DNA of 64,000 nt from Bacteroidales bacterium UBA5833 (GCA_002433025.1 DJGZ01000051.1:2393-66392), one strand, 5' to 3'; shown: positions 8,289-18,727, counted from the stretch's first letter. Numbers and translations are program-made. Notes: generated from the sequence alone by a model not told the origin.

Positions 8289-10023
8289 ATAATTTTTCGT
8301 CTTTCAGTTTCTGATCAAGCAGGGCGGAACCCTCTCCGGCAGCCCTGGCCTTTTTCCAGGCCTCTATGGCTTCTTTATTGCGGCCAAGCCGGAACAGTAT
8401 GTCACCATAGTGTTCCATAACAACGGCGCTTGCAGTGTCATCCGCTTTTAAAGCCTGTTCTATATAAATTAATGCGGAATTGTAATCACCGGTCTGATAC
8501 AACACCCAGGCATAAGTATCAAGGTATGAGGCATTTCCCGGAACGAGCCGGTTGGCTTTTTCCGACATTTCTTTGGCTTTCTCAAGGTTTTCCTTTCTCA
8601 GCGAGAGGTAGTAGGCGTAGTTGTTCAGCACCAGGGCATTCTCGCCGTTGGCTTTAAGCGATGATTCGTAGGCGGAGAATGATTCCGCATGATTCCCCAA
8701 TGCGTGGTGGGCGTCACCGATCATACTGTAAAAATCTGAGATCAGCCTGTTATCTCCGGCCACCAGTTTAACCCCGGTGGATAGCGACTGTACAGCCATT
8801 TCATAATTCTTGAGCATATAGTTCGAAAAACCATTAAAATAATATGGCATCGGCTGCATGGGGAAGAGTTCTGATGCCTGCACGCTTTCCAGGGCCAGTT
8901 GAATGTAATCTTCAAGAATTGCATTGGTACGCAGCAGATTTTCCCAAACCTGGTATTTTCCCGGATCCAGCTGATTCACTTTTCTGAACAAGTCCCTGGC
9001 TTCCCCGTATTGTTCTGACATCATCAGCATTTCTCCCCTGAGCATAAGCGCGCGGGGGTCGTTGGGGTGAATTTCCGCCAGAATTCCTGAGAGTTCAAGC
9101 ACATCATCCTCAATACCATCGTAATCCTTAACCTGTGAATAATAGGACATCATAACCTGAATTTTGGTATCGGCATCGAGATAAGGGTTGGCGAAACCAG
9201 CCTTCAGTGATTCTGTGGCTTTTTCCAGATCTCCCTGCTGACGGTAGTAGTCGGCAAGGGAAATGTTGATGTAGGCATTGTCAGGATCCACAAGCTGAAT
9301 TTTTTTATAGGTAGCCAGCGCTTCTTCACTCTTACCCTGAAGCAGGTAATATTCAGCCAGCATCGAGAGGATACGGCTGTCCCAGGCATTGGCTCCGGCA
9401 AGTTTTTCAAGCTCTTCAAGGGCCTTTTTGGATTTTCCGGTTGCAAGGTAAATGCGGTGTTTCCGCATCGACAGGTCTTCGTTCACCCCCAGGCGCGATT
9501 CAAGCCGGTCGTATATTTTTATCGCTTCGGCCGGCTTGTTCAGTTGCAGCCATATCGTGGCCAGTTCAATCGCATACCCGGTATTCTGAGGGTCTGAAAG
9601 CAGAAGTTTCTCGTAAATCAACCTTGCCTGATCAGGTTGATTGTTGTTTGCATACAGACTGGCCAAAGTCAGGCTGAACCAGGTATTGTCAGGAGATATT
9701 TCATAGGCTTTGCGGGCACAATCAATAGATTTTTCAGGATTATTTTTCTGAAAATAGAGCTGCGCCAGTTCGTACCAGGCGGCATCATTCAAAGGATCCT
9801 GATTAACGCAATCGTTAAACAACTCCAGCGCTTTTTCTGCGTTGCCTGTGAGCTTGGCTTTGTTGGCTTCAAAAAAGAGATTTCTTGCCTTCTGCTGATC
9901 CCTGTAAAGGCGGGCATCTTCCTTACTGATGGAATCTTCGCCGCCTTCGGGCAGTTCCTGGGCATTCAGCCGGAAAGCCAGAAACGAAATCAATATCAGT
10001 GTTATAATCCTGTAATACTGCAT
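8281..10023 (-). CDS. tetratricopeptide repeat protein, secreted
   Basis: 580-aa ORF with a signal peptide (FLAFRLNAQ) and tandem 34-aa TPR-like units throughout. Confidence 0.85.
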   Translation of the reverse strand: MQYYRIITLILISFLAFRLNAQELPEGGEDSISKEDARLYRDQQKARNLFFEANKAKLTGNAEKALELFNDCVNQDPLNDAAWYELAQLYFQKNNPEKSIDCARKAYEISPDNTWFSLTLASLYANNNQPDQARLIYEKLLLSDPQNTGYAIELATIWLQLNKPAEAIKIYDRLESRLGVNEDLSMRKHRIYLATGKSKKALEELEKLAGANAWDSRILSMLAEYYLLQGKSEEALATYKKIQLVDPDNAYINISLADYYRQQGDLEKATESLKAGFANPYLDADTKIQVMMSYYSQVKDYDGIEDDVLELSGILAEIHPNDPRALMLRGEMLMMSEQYGEARDLFRKVNQLDPGKYQVWENLLRTNAILEDYIQLALESVQASELFPMQPMPYYFNGFSNYMLKNYEMAVQSLSTGVKLVAGDNRLISDFYSMIGDAHHALGNHAESFSAYESSLKANGENALVLNNYAYYLSLRKENLEKAKEMSEKANRLVPGNASYLDTYAWVLYQTGDYNSALIYIEQALKADDTASAVVMEHYGDILFRLGRNKEAIEAWKKARAAGEGSALLDQKLKDEKLYE

Positions 10024-10066
10024 GTTGTATTTATTTCCTGTTAATCTGTAAAGAGCAACGGTAACC

Positions 10067-10501
10067 TCAATGTACTCCGGTATGTCCGAAGCCTCCCGCG
10101 CCCCTTTCGGTATGGTTCAGTTCTTCAACCTCAATCCATTCGGCTTGCTCGTGGCGGCTGATGATCATTTGCGCTATGCGCTCCCCCCGGTTTATGGTGA
10201 AAGGTTCCCTGGAAAGGTTTACCAGTATAATCCTGATTTCCCCGCGATAATCTGCGTCGATTGTGCCTGGTGAATTCAGGATGGTGATGCCGTATTTGGC
10301 GGCCAGTCCGCTGCGTGGACGAATCTGGGCTTCATAACCGTCAGGAAGTTCAATGTAAAGCCCTGTAGGAATCGTGGCGCGTTCAAGTGAAGCCAAAACG
10401 ATCGCTTCCTGATTGTTTGCCCTGAGGTCCATACCTGCAGATGCCACGGTTTCGTATGCCGGCAGCGGGTGGGCTGAGTGGTTGACTATTCTGATTTTCA
10501 T
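10067..10501 (-). CDS. dut: dUTP diphosphatase
   Basis: 144-aa ORF with dUTPase motifs [25 protein letters not shown] and [10 protein letters not shown]. Confidence 0.95.
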   Translation of the reverse strand: MKIRIVNHSAHPLPAYETVASAGMDLRANNQEAIVLASLERATIPTGLYIELPDGYEAQIRPRSGLAAKYGITILNSPGTIDADYRGEIRIILVNLSREPFTINRGERIAQMIISRHEQAEWIEVEELNHTERGAGGFGHTGVH

Positions 10502-10572
10502 TAAAGGTAAACGGATTAGTTTTCACCATGCTGTTGGTGTGCACAAAATTAATCATTCTGAGGTTCTGAACA

Positions 10573-12063
10573 TCAGGCTTTGTGAATCACCCGGCGAAAC
10601 ACTTTACTTTCCCTGTATCCAACGAAAGCAATAAAGAAGAGCAGCAAAACGGCACTGCTGCCATAACTGACCAGCAGATTATCGGTCCTGATCAGCAATG
10701 ATGCGCCGTAAAGCAGCAGGGCTGTGATGGTATAGATTGCCGCCCCCGTCAGGTTATATTTTACGGGATAGTACTTCCGGCCAAGCAAGTATGAAATTAC
10801 CATCATTGAAGCGTAGCATGCAAAGGTCGCCCACGCGGCACCCATATAACCGGACTTCGGAATCAGCAGAAAATTCAGCAGCAAAGTGATGACAGCCCCA
10901 ATCACTGATATAAGTGCTCCGTAGGTGGTTTTATCGGTCAGTTTAAACCAGATGCTCAGGTTGTAAAAGATGCCGAGAAAAAGATTGGCAAGAAGTAATA
11001 CCGGTACTACCGGGGCGCCCTCCCTGTATGCTTCACCCACAAAGAGCATCACGATGTCAAGAAACAACATGATCGAAAGAAATATAAAAAGGCAAACGAT
11101 CAGGAAATAATGCATCATCCTGGCGTAAGTGTCCTGCGGATTTTGACTCCTGGCCTGATCAAAAAAGAATGGTTCGGCCGCGTATCTGTAGGTCTGGATA
11201 AACAACGTCATCAGAATGGAGATTTTATAGCAGGCCCCGTAAATACCGAGTTGTGCCATGGCTTCGGTGGTGGTACCCGGCAGAAGATGTTTCAGGATAA
11301 CCCGGTCGAAGGTTTCATTCACGATCCCCGCCATGCCAAAAATCAGGAGGGGCCAGGCATAAGCAAGCATCTTCTTTAACAGTGCCGGATCGGGCTTCAT
11401 GCTTTTATGCAGAATATCCGGAAGCAGCAGCGCAAAAGTAAGGAGGCTGGCAATCAGGTTTGATATAAAAATATAGCCTATGCCGGTTTCCGGATTGTAA
11501 ATACGGCTGATCAGGCCGGTAACGGCCGTATCAGGGTATTCTGACAGCAGGTACGGGCACAGAAGTATAAAAAATAGATTGAAGCTGATATTCGCCCCGA
11601 TGTTGACGATTTTGATCAGGGCAAATCGCAGCGGCCTGTTTTCAAGCCTGAGTTTAGCGTATGGTATGGTACTTACTGCATCTGTGGCGAGTATCAGGAT
11701 AAACCATCTGATGTATTCGGGATGGTTGCCGTAGCCCATCCGTGTCGAAATTTCTGGGGCAAAAAGTAATCCGGCAACCGCGAACAGCGCGGAAGTTACT
11801 CCCAGAGATGTCATAGCTGTTGCAAATACGGCATTATTCTGCTCTTCACGCGAGGCAAAACGGAAAAATGCCGTTTCCATACCATAAGTGAGCAGTACAA
11901 AAAGAAAGGCAACATAAGCATAAACCTCGGTAACAACACCGTATTCGGCGGGAACAAATGCCCGGGTATAGAGCGGAACCAGCAGGTAGTTCAGCAGGCG
12001 GCCCACAATGGTAGGAAGTCCGTAGATGGCAGTCTGCCCCGCAAGTTTCCTGAAAGGATTCAA
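10573..12063 (-). CDS. MOP/Wzx-type polysaccharide biosynthesis protein (flippase family)
   Basis: 496-aa ORF with about 14 predicted TM helices and an N-terminus typical of oligosaccharide flippases. Confidence 0.75.
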   Translation of the reverse strand: MNPFRKLAGQTAIYGLPTIVGRLLNYLLVPLYTRAFVPAEYGVVTEVYAYVAFLFVLLTYGMETAFFRFASREEQNNAVFATAMTSLGVTSALFAVAGLLFAPEISTRMGYGNHPEYIRWFILILATDAVSTIPYAKLRLENRPLRFALIKIVNIGANISFNLFFILLCPYLLSEYPDTAVTGLISRIYNPETGIGYIFISNLIASLLTFALLLPDILHKSMKPDPALLKKMLAYAWPLLIFGMAGIVNETFDRVILKHLLPGTTTEAMAQLGIYGACYKISILMTLFIQTYRYAAEPFFFDQARSQNPQDTYARMMHYFLIVCLFIFLSIMLFLDIVMLFVGEAYREGAPVVPVLLLANLFLGIFYNLSIWFKLTDKTTYGALISVIGAVITLLLNFLLIPKSGYMGAAWATFACYASMMVISYLLGRKYYPVKYNLTGAAIYTITALLLYGASLLIRTDNLLVSYGSSAVLLLFFIAFVGYRESKVFRRVIHKA

Positions 12064-12081
12064 AGGCTCCCCCTTTTTAAA

Positions 12082-15000
12082 TTAGTTATTCAGCGCGGGA
12101 AGTTCAATAATAAATGTGGTTCCAAGGCCGTCCTCAGAAGTAAAACGGATATCACCCCCGGTTGAATTGATGATATTTTTCACCATAGCCAGCCCCAGTC
12201 CCATCCCTGCTGATTTGGTGGTAAAGTTAGGTGAAAAAATTCTGGATTTCTGTTCTTCGCTGATGCCTGTTCCATTGTCTCTGATACTGACAATATGTTT
12301 GCCCTCCTGATTTTCCAGAATTATATTGATAACCCCTCTCTTTCCGGAAGGGATTGCCTGAACAGAATTATTCAGCAGGTTGATAAAAACCCGCGATAAC
12401 TGTTTTTCATCGGCAAATACATAACAGGGCTTATCCGGTAAAGTAAGTATGATATCTGTTTCCGGATGTTCGGTGAACAAAGCCATGGTTGAGCGGATTA
12501 TCTCGATCAGTTCAACTTTTTTGTTGCTTGCCTGGGGCAGCTTTGCAAAATCCGAGAAAGCCGTTGCGATGGCTGAGAGGGAATCTATCTGCTGAATAAG
12601 GGTATGACTGGTCCTCTCAAACCGTTTGTTCCAGTCAGGAGCCTGCTCATGCCACGATTTCATAAGATGCTGTATGCTTAATTTCATCGGGGTAAGCGGA
12701 TTTTTGATCTCATGGGCTACCTGTCTGGCCATCTCACGCCACGCACTCTCGCGTTCCGAACGGGCCAGCTTTTCTGCACTCTCTGTAAGTTTTTCAACCA
12801 TGTTGTTGTAAGCATTGATCAGATCGCCCAATTCATCCTGCCGGTTGTAATCTATTTTCTCATTCCTCTTTCCAAGATTCAGACTGCTGAACCTTTCCCT
12901 GATCAATTGCAGCGGACGTGTCAGGTAGCTGCCCACCAGCAGCGAAACTACCACTGCTATGGCAGTGAGAATAACGTATATATTGATAAATGCAACCAGA
13001 AATGCTGAAATTTCCTGACGCAACTCCTGCTGCCTGGCAAAATAGGGCAGATTGATATAGGCAGTGAGCTTATTCATGTCGTTGCGTAAGGGAATGTAAG
13101 CAGAAAGATAGTTGTAATTCCCTATCTGCTCATTTGTTATGTACATGGTCCGCTTGTTGATCGCAAGTTGTTTGTATGCATCGGAATTCATTTGCACCGA
13201 CTTAAGCCCTTCTTCAAAAATCTGGGGCCTGGAGGAGGCAAGCAGCGATCCGTCAATATTGTAAAGATTAATATCGCTGAAGAACACCTGCGAAAACTTG
13301 GTCAGCAGCTCCTCCAGATACGGTTGCTGAGACTTTTCCAGCAAATCCATTGCAGCCAGTTTATGCTCCAGTTCAATCAGCACCGAATGGGCCTTTTCGC
13401 TGAGCATATCCCTGTTTTTCTTTGCGTTCAGGCTTTTGATGTTTTCAAGAATTGTGAAACCGATCAGGGTTGACGCGAAAAGAATCAGTATAATCAGCAT
13501 AATCTGAAGACGGGCGCTCAGGTCAAGGTTTCTCTTTTTTCCTTTTCTGAACATCCAGAAAGTGCCAAAAATGATAAAAACGAGCAAAACATGAAAGGTG
13601 ATCTGATAGGTGAAAGGCGCCAGAATTTCCAGTACTCCATCTGCCTTTTTGCTGATAATGATTGAACTGTCATCATCAATCACATGATAAAGATGATTAT
13701 AGCCATTCTTGTCAAAAAAACCGAAATCTTTCCGGTTGCTCTGATAGGCCGACTCATAGATACTGTAAGAGTATTCTCCCACATTTTTTACCAGTTCATT
13801 TTTAGAATATATAGCCCAGGAGTAATTGCCTGTTTCCGCTATACCGGTTTGTGAACGGTCCAGAAGCAATTCGGGATAACCCAATCCTTTAGGTGCGTAT
13901 TTCTTCATAAGTTCAATCACCACAGATACCCTGGCCGGCTCCCTGTCAGACAACCTGATGGGCACTTTGGCAATATAATTCCCTTCATCATACGATTCCC
14001 TGATATAGTAAAAGTTAGTTGAAGCAGTCTTTTCTCCCAGTTGGGATATGATGCCTTCGAAGTATTCATTACAGTTAATGATAAGATTCGAAGGCTTTAT
14101 AATCAATGTTTTTTCCGGGAAGCACAAGGTAACCTGGGTATTGTATTTTGACCAGAATCCCCTGAAATATGTCTGAATTATGTAGCTGATACAAGCGGTT
14201 TCGCCGTCTGGCGAAATCCATGATTCATTGATGTTACGACTAAGAAGGGTATCAGCCGTCATTTTTTTCTCAAGATCAGCAAACAGATACTCAGCTATTT
14301 TATCCCGGTCAGAGGAGAGCCTGACCGCCATCAGCTTTCGTTGGCTGTTTTCCTTGATTTTTCTGTTGTGGTAATAGCTGTATGATGATAAGGAAGTAAG
14401 GGCCAGAATAATGAAGAAGTAAGACACCACTGAAGGATGTTTTAATTTGCCGGAATATATCCGTACCAGAAGCAGGATGTAGATCATCAGCAGGATAAGA
14501 ATTTTCCAGTCAGGGGAATACAGGCCAAGCATGGAGGAAATCCAGTAAAGCAGGATTGTAATGAGTGTAAATGATATCATCAGAAAACGGGCCCCTGAGA
14601 AATTATATACATCCCTGAGCAGCGGAAAGCTGATGAGGAAAAAGGAAACCAGGATCAGGGCGATGATCAGAAATCCGGTAAAACTGAACAGGGTGAATTC
14701 AAGGATTTTACTGAAATCAAGCTGAAGGGTGGAATTAACCCATACGGTTTCTATCAGATAACATGAAATGAAGGCAAGGGCTATGGTGAATGCAACAGCA
14801 AGGATGAAGTAAGGTGTACCGGGCTTTGTCTGATTTCCGGGCTTTGTGATTTTCTGATAGTATCTGTAAAACAATACGGATATCAGCAGCATACCGGTTA
14901 CAGTTGTCAGAAGATCTCCGAGAGAAGGGAATATGCGTGACGAGGCATAATGTACGGCGTTGAAAAGTTCCGTTTCATCAAGAATTGAAGGAATCCTGAA

Positions 15001-15768
15001 ATACTGAATAATTGCACGCAGGATGGCAACATCAGCGATAAAAAGAAAAATAAGTATGCGCTTGTTTTCGAAAGGAGCGAATCCGAGGTAGAGGTAATAG
15101 AGCCCGAGGATAAGGCAGACAAAGGCAATCAGGTATAGACAGTATATCATTATGCCTGATGCATTTGTCAACCGTTCGGCGGAGGAAGGCTGTATATAAA
15201 AGAGGATTTCTCCTCCTCCGGTTATAACCGGATACCGGGTGGCATTATCCGTGATAATCCATGATGCAGGAAGGTTATAAGAGGGGCCGAACGCCGATTG
15301 AAGGTAGTCATTCTCATAAGGATATTCATGTTTGATAAGGTTTGCGATCAGCAGCATATTTGAACCGGAGTTTATGCTGAGCACCTGATAATGACCGTTG
15401 GTGAATTTCAGAATGCGCCCGTTCGGGAGGGCGTCATGATCTATCTGATCGAACAGGAAATCATTATCCGACCAATACTCCGGTGTTTTATCCGTGAACA
15501 GGTAGAGGCTGAAACCTTCCGGTAGTTCACCGGCCACGGAATCAAGCAACGCTTTTTCAGGGGCGGACTCTTTAAGTGGAAAAGAATTCAGGATCCCGTC
15601 TGCTATGTTGAAATTTTCATTCAGTGCTTCATTGAAATGCTTTACCAGTAATTCAGGACTTCTGCTTCTGTCCGAAAAGTGGACAGTCAGCAATGCGATC
15701 AGGATACTAAAAAGTGACAATAGGGGGAAAAGCCAGAACGGAATTTTCCGGGTTGAACCATTCTTCAT
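12082..15768 (-). CDS. very large multi-pass sensor histidine kinase (NtrY-like HAMP-HisKA-HATPase output)
   Basis: 1228-aa ORF. The N-terminal two thirds are hydrophobic helices interrupted by two soluble segments. The C-terminus has an HEIKNPLTPM H-box and N/G boxes (NLLNNSVQA, DNGTGI, GMGLGLAMV). Confidence 0.85.
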   Translation of the reverse strand: MKNGSTRKIPFWLFPLLSLFSILIALLTVHFSDRSRSPELLVKHFNEALNENFNIADGILNSFPLKESAPEKALLDSVAGELPEGFSLYLFTDKTPEYWSDNDFLFDQIDHDALPNGRILKFTNGHYQVLSINSGSNMLLIANLIKHEYPYENDYLQSAFGPSYNLPASWIITDNATRYPVITGGGEILFYIQPSSAERLTNASGIMIYCLYLIAFVCLILGLYYLYLGFAPFENKRILIFLFIADVAILRAIIQYFRIPSILDETELFNAVHYASSRIFPSLGDLLTTVTGMLLISVLFYRYYQKITKPGNQTKPGTPYFILAVAFTIALAFISCYLIETVWVNSTLQLDFSKILEFTLFSFTGFLIIALILVSFFLISFPLLRDVYNFSGARFLMISFTLITILLYWISSMLGLYSPDWKILILLMIYILLLVRIYSGKLKHPSVVSYFFIILALTSLSSYSYYHNRKIKENSQRKLMAVRLSSDRDKIAEYLFADLEKKMTADTLLSRNINESWISPDGETACISYIIQTYFRGFWSKYNTQVTLCFPEKTLIIKPSNLIINCNEYFEGIISQLGEKTASTNFYYIRESYDEGNYIAKVPIRLSDREPARVSVVIELMKKYAPKGLGYPELLLDRSQTGIAETGNYSWAIYSKNELVKNVGEYSYSIYESAYQSNRKDFGFFDKNGYNHLYHVIDDDSSIIISKKADGVLEILAPFTYQITFHVLLVFIIFGTFWMFRKGKKRNLDLSARLQIMLIILILFASTLIGFTILENIKSLNAKKNRDMLSEKAHSVLIELEHKLAAMDLLEKSQQPYLEELLTKFSQVFFSDINLYNIDGSLLASSRPQIFEEGLKSVQMNSDAYKQLAINKRTMYITNEQIGNYNYLSAYIPLRNDMNKLTAYINLPYFARQQELRQEISAFLVAFINIYVILTAIAVVVSLLVGSYLTRPLQLIRERFSSLNLGKRNEKIDYNRQDELGDLINAYNNMVEKLTESAEKLARSERESAWREMARQVAHEIKNPLTPMKLSIQHLMKSWHEQAPDWNKRFERTSHTLIQQIDSLSAIATAFSDFAKLPQASNKKVELIEIIRSTMALFTEHPETDIILTLPDKPCYVFADEKQLSRVFINLLNNSVQAIPSGKRGVINIILENQEGKHIVSIRDNGTGISEEQKSRIFSPNFTTKSAGMGLGLAMVKNIINSTGGDIRFTSEDGLGTTFIIELPALNN

Positions 15769-15875
15769 GGCGAAAAGTTTATAAATAGCAGAAAATCAAA
15801 TGAATATGCGTAAACAAAAATCAGGCCATATACGGGACGATTTCTGTTTCCGAGGGTAAATATACTAAAGAAGGG

Positions 15876-16814
15876 TTAAGTTGCGTCAGCGGCCTTTATT
15901 TTAGCTCCGGGCTTTCTTAAAATATAAATCAGGCTTGAGTATTCGTTATTCCCCATGCCGGCCATAAAATTGGAGATAAATCCGCGGTAAGTGGCCCGGA
16001 CAAAACATAGAGAATGGTTCATATATTTTTCACTTAATAGTGAAATATAGTAAGAGTCAAAAAGCATGGGCCGGATATCTGCAATATCAAACCGGTGTTT
16101 TCCGGCCAGAAATTTTATGGAGCTCCGGTTAAAGTGGAAGAGATGCCGGGGCACATCCCAGGCAGCCCAGTATTTACCGTAGTAGGATGCATCATAAGAG
16201 CGGGGATTGGGCAGGGCAATAAATGCATAGCCCTCCGGTTTAAGCAAGCGGCAGATCTGCTCCATTCTTTCATTCAGGTCTCCGACATGTTCGAGCACAT
16301 GCCACAGGGTGATTACATCAAAGGTTGAAGCAGACATACTGTTCAGGCCGTCGGTATCCGCCACATCCAGACCGTGAACTCCGGAGGCATATCCCCTTGC
16401 CTGTTCGTCAGGTTCAACGCCGGTGGTTGTATAGCCCTGTTTTTTGCATTGGTTCAGGAACTCTCCCGTGGCGCATCCAATGTCAAGAATACGCTTGCCC
16501 GCGGAGAATTTACGGATAAGCCTGATTTTTTGTCTGAGGGTATAATTGCGTATTAATTGATAAATGCGGCTTTGCAGATCAGACTTCTTATTGGAATGAG
16601 AAATATATTCCTTCGATTTATAATAAGCGGGTAATTCATGTGTTGCCGGCCGGGGCCAGGTAAACATCAGGTCGCATGCCGGGCACCGGTAGATGCTGAA
16701 CGGCTCCCGGGTCAGAAAGTAATCATGCAGTTCATGATGCTTTATAACATCCTTATTATCACATAATAAGCAGTTTTCTGGAACTGAAATCGGGAATTGT
16801 TTCACGTGAAACAT
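15876..16814 (-). CDS. class I SAM-dependent methyltransferase with N-terminal zinc ribbon
   Basis: 312-aa ORF with CLLC...CPAC cysteine pairs followed by the SAM-binding motif ILDIGCATGEF. Confidence 0.8.
   Translation of the reverse strand: MFHVKQFPISVPENCLLCDNKDVIKHHELHDYFLTREPFSIYRCPACDLMFTWPRPATHELPAYYKSKEYISHSNKKSDLQSRIYQLIRNYTLRQKIRLIRKFSAGKRILDIGCATGEFLNQCKKQGYTTTGVEPDEQARGYASGVHGLDVADTDGLNSMSASTFDVITLWHVLEHVGDLNERMEQICRLLKPEGYAFIALPNPRSYDASYYGKYWAAWDVPRHLFHFNRSSIKFLAGKHRFDIADIRPMLFDSYYISLLSEKYMNHSLCFVRATYRGFISNFMAGMGNNEYSSLIYILRKPGAKIKAADAT
16798..16813. other. parS centromere-like site (ParB/Spo0J binding consensus)
   Basis: TGTTTCACGTGAAACA is a perfect 16-bp palindrome and an exact fit to the conserved parS consensus tGTTNCACGTGAAACa. 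It overlaps codons 1-6 of the methyltransferase gene. Confidence 0.75.
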
Positions 16815-16832
16815 GTTAAGAAGGTTGGTAAA

Positions 16833-18704
16833 CTATCTGCTTAAAAATACAACGAGAACTGATATGTCGGCCGGAGAAACGCCGTTTATTCTTGATGCCT
16901 GTCCGATGGTTGCGGGCCTGATTTTACTCAGCTTTTCACGTGCTTCAAATGAGAGGGACGAAAGTGCGGAATAGTCAAAATCGGGTTTCAGGGGCATGTT
17001 TTCAAATTTTGAAAGGCGTTGGGCAAGTTCCTGTTCCTTGTCAATATAGCCCTGATATTTAACCAGTATCTCAGTCTCTTCGATAAGTTCTTCGGCCAGA
17101 TCACCGAAATGATCAAAGTGGTCTTTGAGGAAAGGTAAACCGGAAATCAATTGGTTCAGGCTGATCTGAGGGCGGAGAAGTATGGTGTCGAGCTTCACTT
17201 TTTGTGTAATGGGCGCTGTTCCTGCCTGCTCCAGTATCCGGTTAACCTGATCTGGTGTTACACTTTCTTTAGCCAGGATCGCCATTGATCCGGCAACCGC
17301 TTTGCGTTTCATCTCAACACGATCGAATCGCTCCCGGCTTGCAAGACCTAATTTATAAGAAATACCGGTGAGTCGCAGATCTGCATTATCCTGCCTAAGT
17401 AAAATGCGGTATTCAGCCCTGGATGTGAACATCCGGTAAGGCTCGTCTATGCCTTTGGTGATCAGGTCATCAATCAGCACCCCTATATATGCTTCTGAAC
17501 GCTGAAGGATAAATGGCGGTTTTTCCTGTAATTTCAAATGGGCGTTGATCCCCGCCATCAGGCCCTGGGCGGCAGCCTCCTCATAGCCGGTTGTGCCATT
17601 AATCTGTCCGGCAAAGTAGAGGTTTTCAACGAGGCGCGTCTCAAGCGTATAGTGAAGCTGATAAGGTGGAAAATAGTCATATTCTATTGCATATCCGGGT
17701 CTGAATATCTTTGCCTGTTCAAATCCGGGAATCTGGGTCAGTGCTTTATATTGCACATGATCCGGAAGGCTCGACGAAAATCCGTTGATATAATACTCCA
17801 CCGTATCCCAGCCCTCAGGTTCCACAAAAAGCTGATGTCTGTTCTTGTCGCTGAAACGGTCAATTTTATCTTCAATTGACGGGCAGTAGCGAGGTCCCCT
17901 GCCGGCAATTCTTCCGGCATACATAGGAGATTCATCGAATCCCGTCCTGAGCGTATCATGTACACGGGTATCCGTGTAGGCCAGATAACAGCTCCGCTGA
18001 CGATGCAGTTTTGGCGTATTGGTAAAAGAAAAACGGCCGGGCGTTTCATCGCCTTTTTGTTCTTCCAGTTTGTTGAAATCAATGGTTCTGCCGTCCACCC
18101 TTACCGGGGTACCGGTTTTCAGGCGTGCTGATTCAAATCCCAATCCGGTAAGGTTTTCGGTAATCCCGGTCGATGCACGGTCACCCATTCTTCCGCCTCC
18201 GAATTGCTTGCTGCCGATGTGAATGATGCCGTTTAGAAAGGTCCCGTTGGTGAGAATTACTGCACGGGCACTGATGGTTTGACCCATGGCAGTTTTCACA
18301 CCGGTAACCCTGCCATCTGAGGTAGTGAGTGCGGTAACGGTATCCTGCCAGAAGTCAAGGTTGGGGGTTTGCTCAAGCATCTGCCGCCATTTGATGGAAA
18401 ACTGAACACGGTCACTCTGTGCCCTGGGGCTCCACATGGCCGGACCTTTCGATTTGTTGAGCATGCGGTACTGTATCATGGTATGATCGGTAACAATGCC
18501 CGAATATCCGCCCAGGGCATCAATTTCGCGCACGATCTGCCCTTTGGCTATGCCCCCCATCGCCGGATTGCACGACATCTGGGCTATGGCCGCCATATTC
18601 ATGGTGATCAGCAATACAGACGAGCCCAGGTTGGCTGCCGCCGCCGCCGCTTCGCTACCGGCATGGCCGGCACCCACCACAATTACATCATATTCTTTAA
18701 ACAT
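16833..18704 (-). CDS. mnmG: tRNA uridine-5-carboxymethylaminomethyl(34) synthesis enzyme MnmG (GidA)
   Basis: 623-aa ORF with the FAD-binding N-terminus VIVVGAGHAGSEAA and full-length MnmG character. Confidence 0.97.
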   Translation of the reverse strand: MFKEYDVIVVGAGHAGSEAAAAAANLGSSVLLITMNMAAIAQMSCNPAMGGIAKGQIVREIDALGGYSGIVTDHTMIQYRMLNKSKGPAMWSPRAQSDRVQFSIKWRQMLEQTPNLDFWQDTVTALTTSDGRVTGVKTAMGQTISARAVILTNGTFLNGIIHIGSKQFGGGRMGDRASTGITENLTGLGFESARLKTGTPVRVDGRTIDFNKLEEQKGDETPGRFSFTNTPKLHRQRSCYLAYTDTRVHDTLRTGFDESPMYAGRIAGRGPRYCPSIEDKIDRFSDKNRHQLFVEPEGWDTVEYYINGFSSSLPDHVQYKALTQIPGFEQAKIFRPGYAIEYDYFPPYQLHYTLETRLVENLYFAGQINGTTGYEEAAAQGLMAGINAHLKLQEKPPFILQRSEAYIGVLIDDLITKGIDEPYRMFTSRAEYRILLRQDNADLRLTGISYKLGLASRERFDRVEMKRKAVAGSMAILAKESVTPDQVNRILEQAGTAPITQKVKLDTILLRPQISLNQLISGLPFLKDHFDHFGDLAEELIEETEILVKYQGYIDKEQELAQRLSKFENMPLKPDFDYSALSSLSFEAREKLSKIRPATIGQASRINGVSPADISVLVVFLSR

Positions 18705-18711
18705 TCAGATT

Positions 18712-18727
18712 TGTTTCACGTGGAACA
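18712..18727. other. parS centromere-like site, second copy
   Basis: TGTTTCACGTGGAACA has the reverse complement TGTTCCACGTGAAACA, a canonical parS sequence. It lies 7 nt upstream of the mnmG start codon. Confidence 0.75.

Noticed and set aside
16921-16950. Additional CACGTG cores (near 16940, 26375 and 53150) as possible extra parS sites.
   Set aside because: The flanks mismatch the parS consensus at 3-5 or more positions, which is not better than chance.
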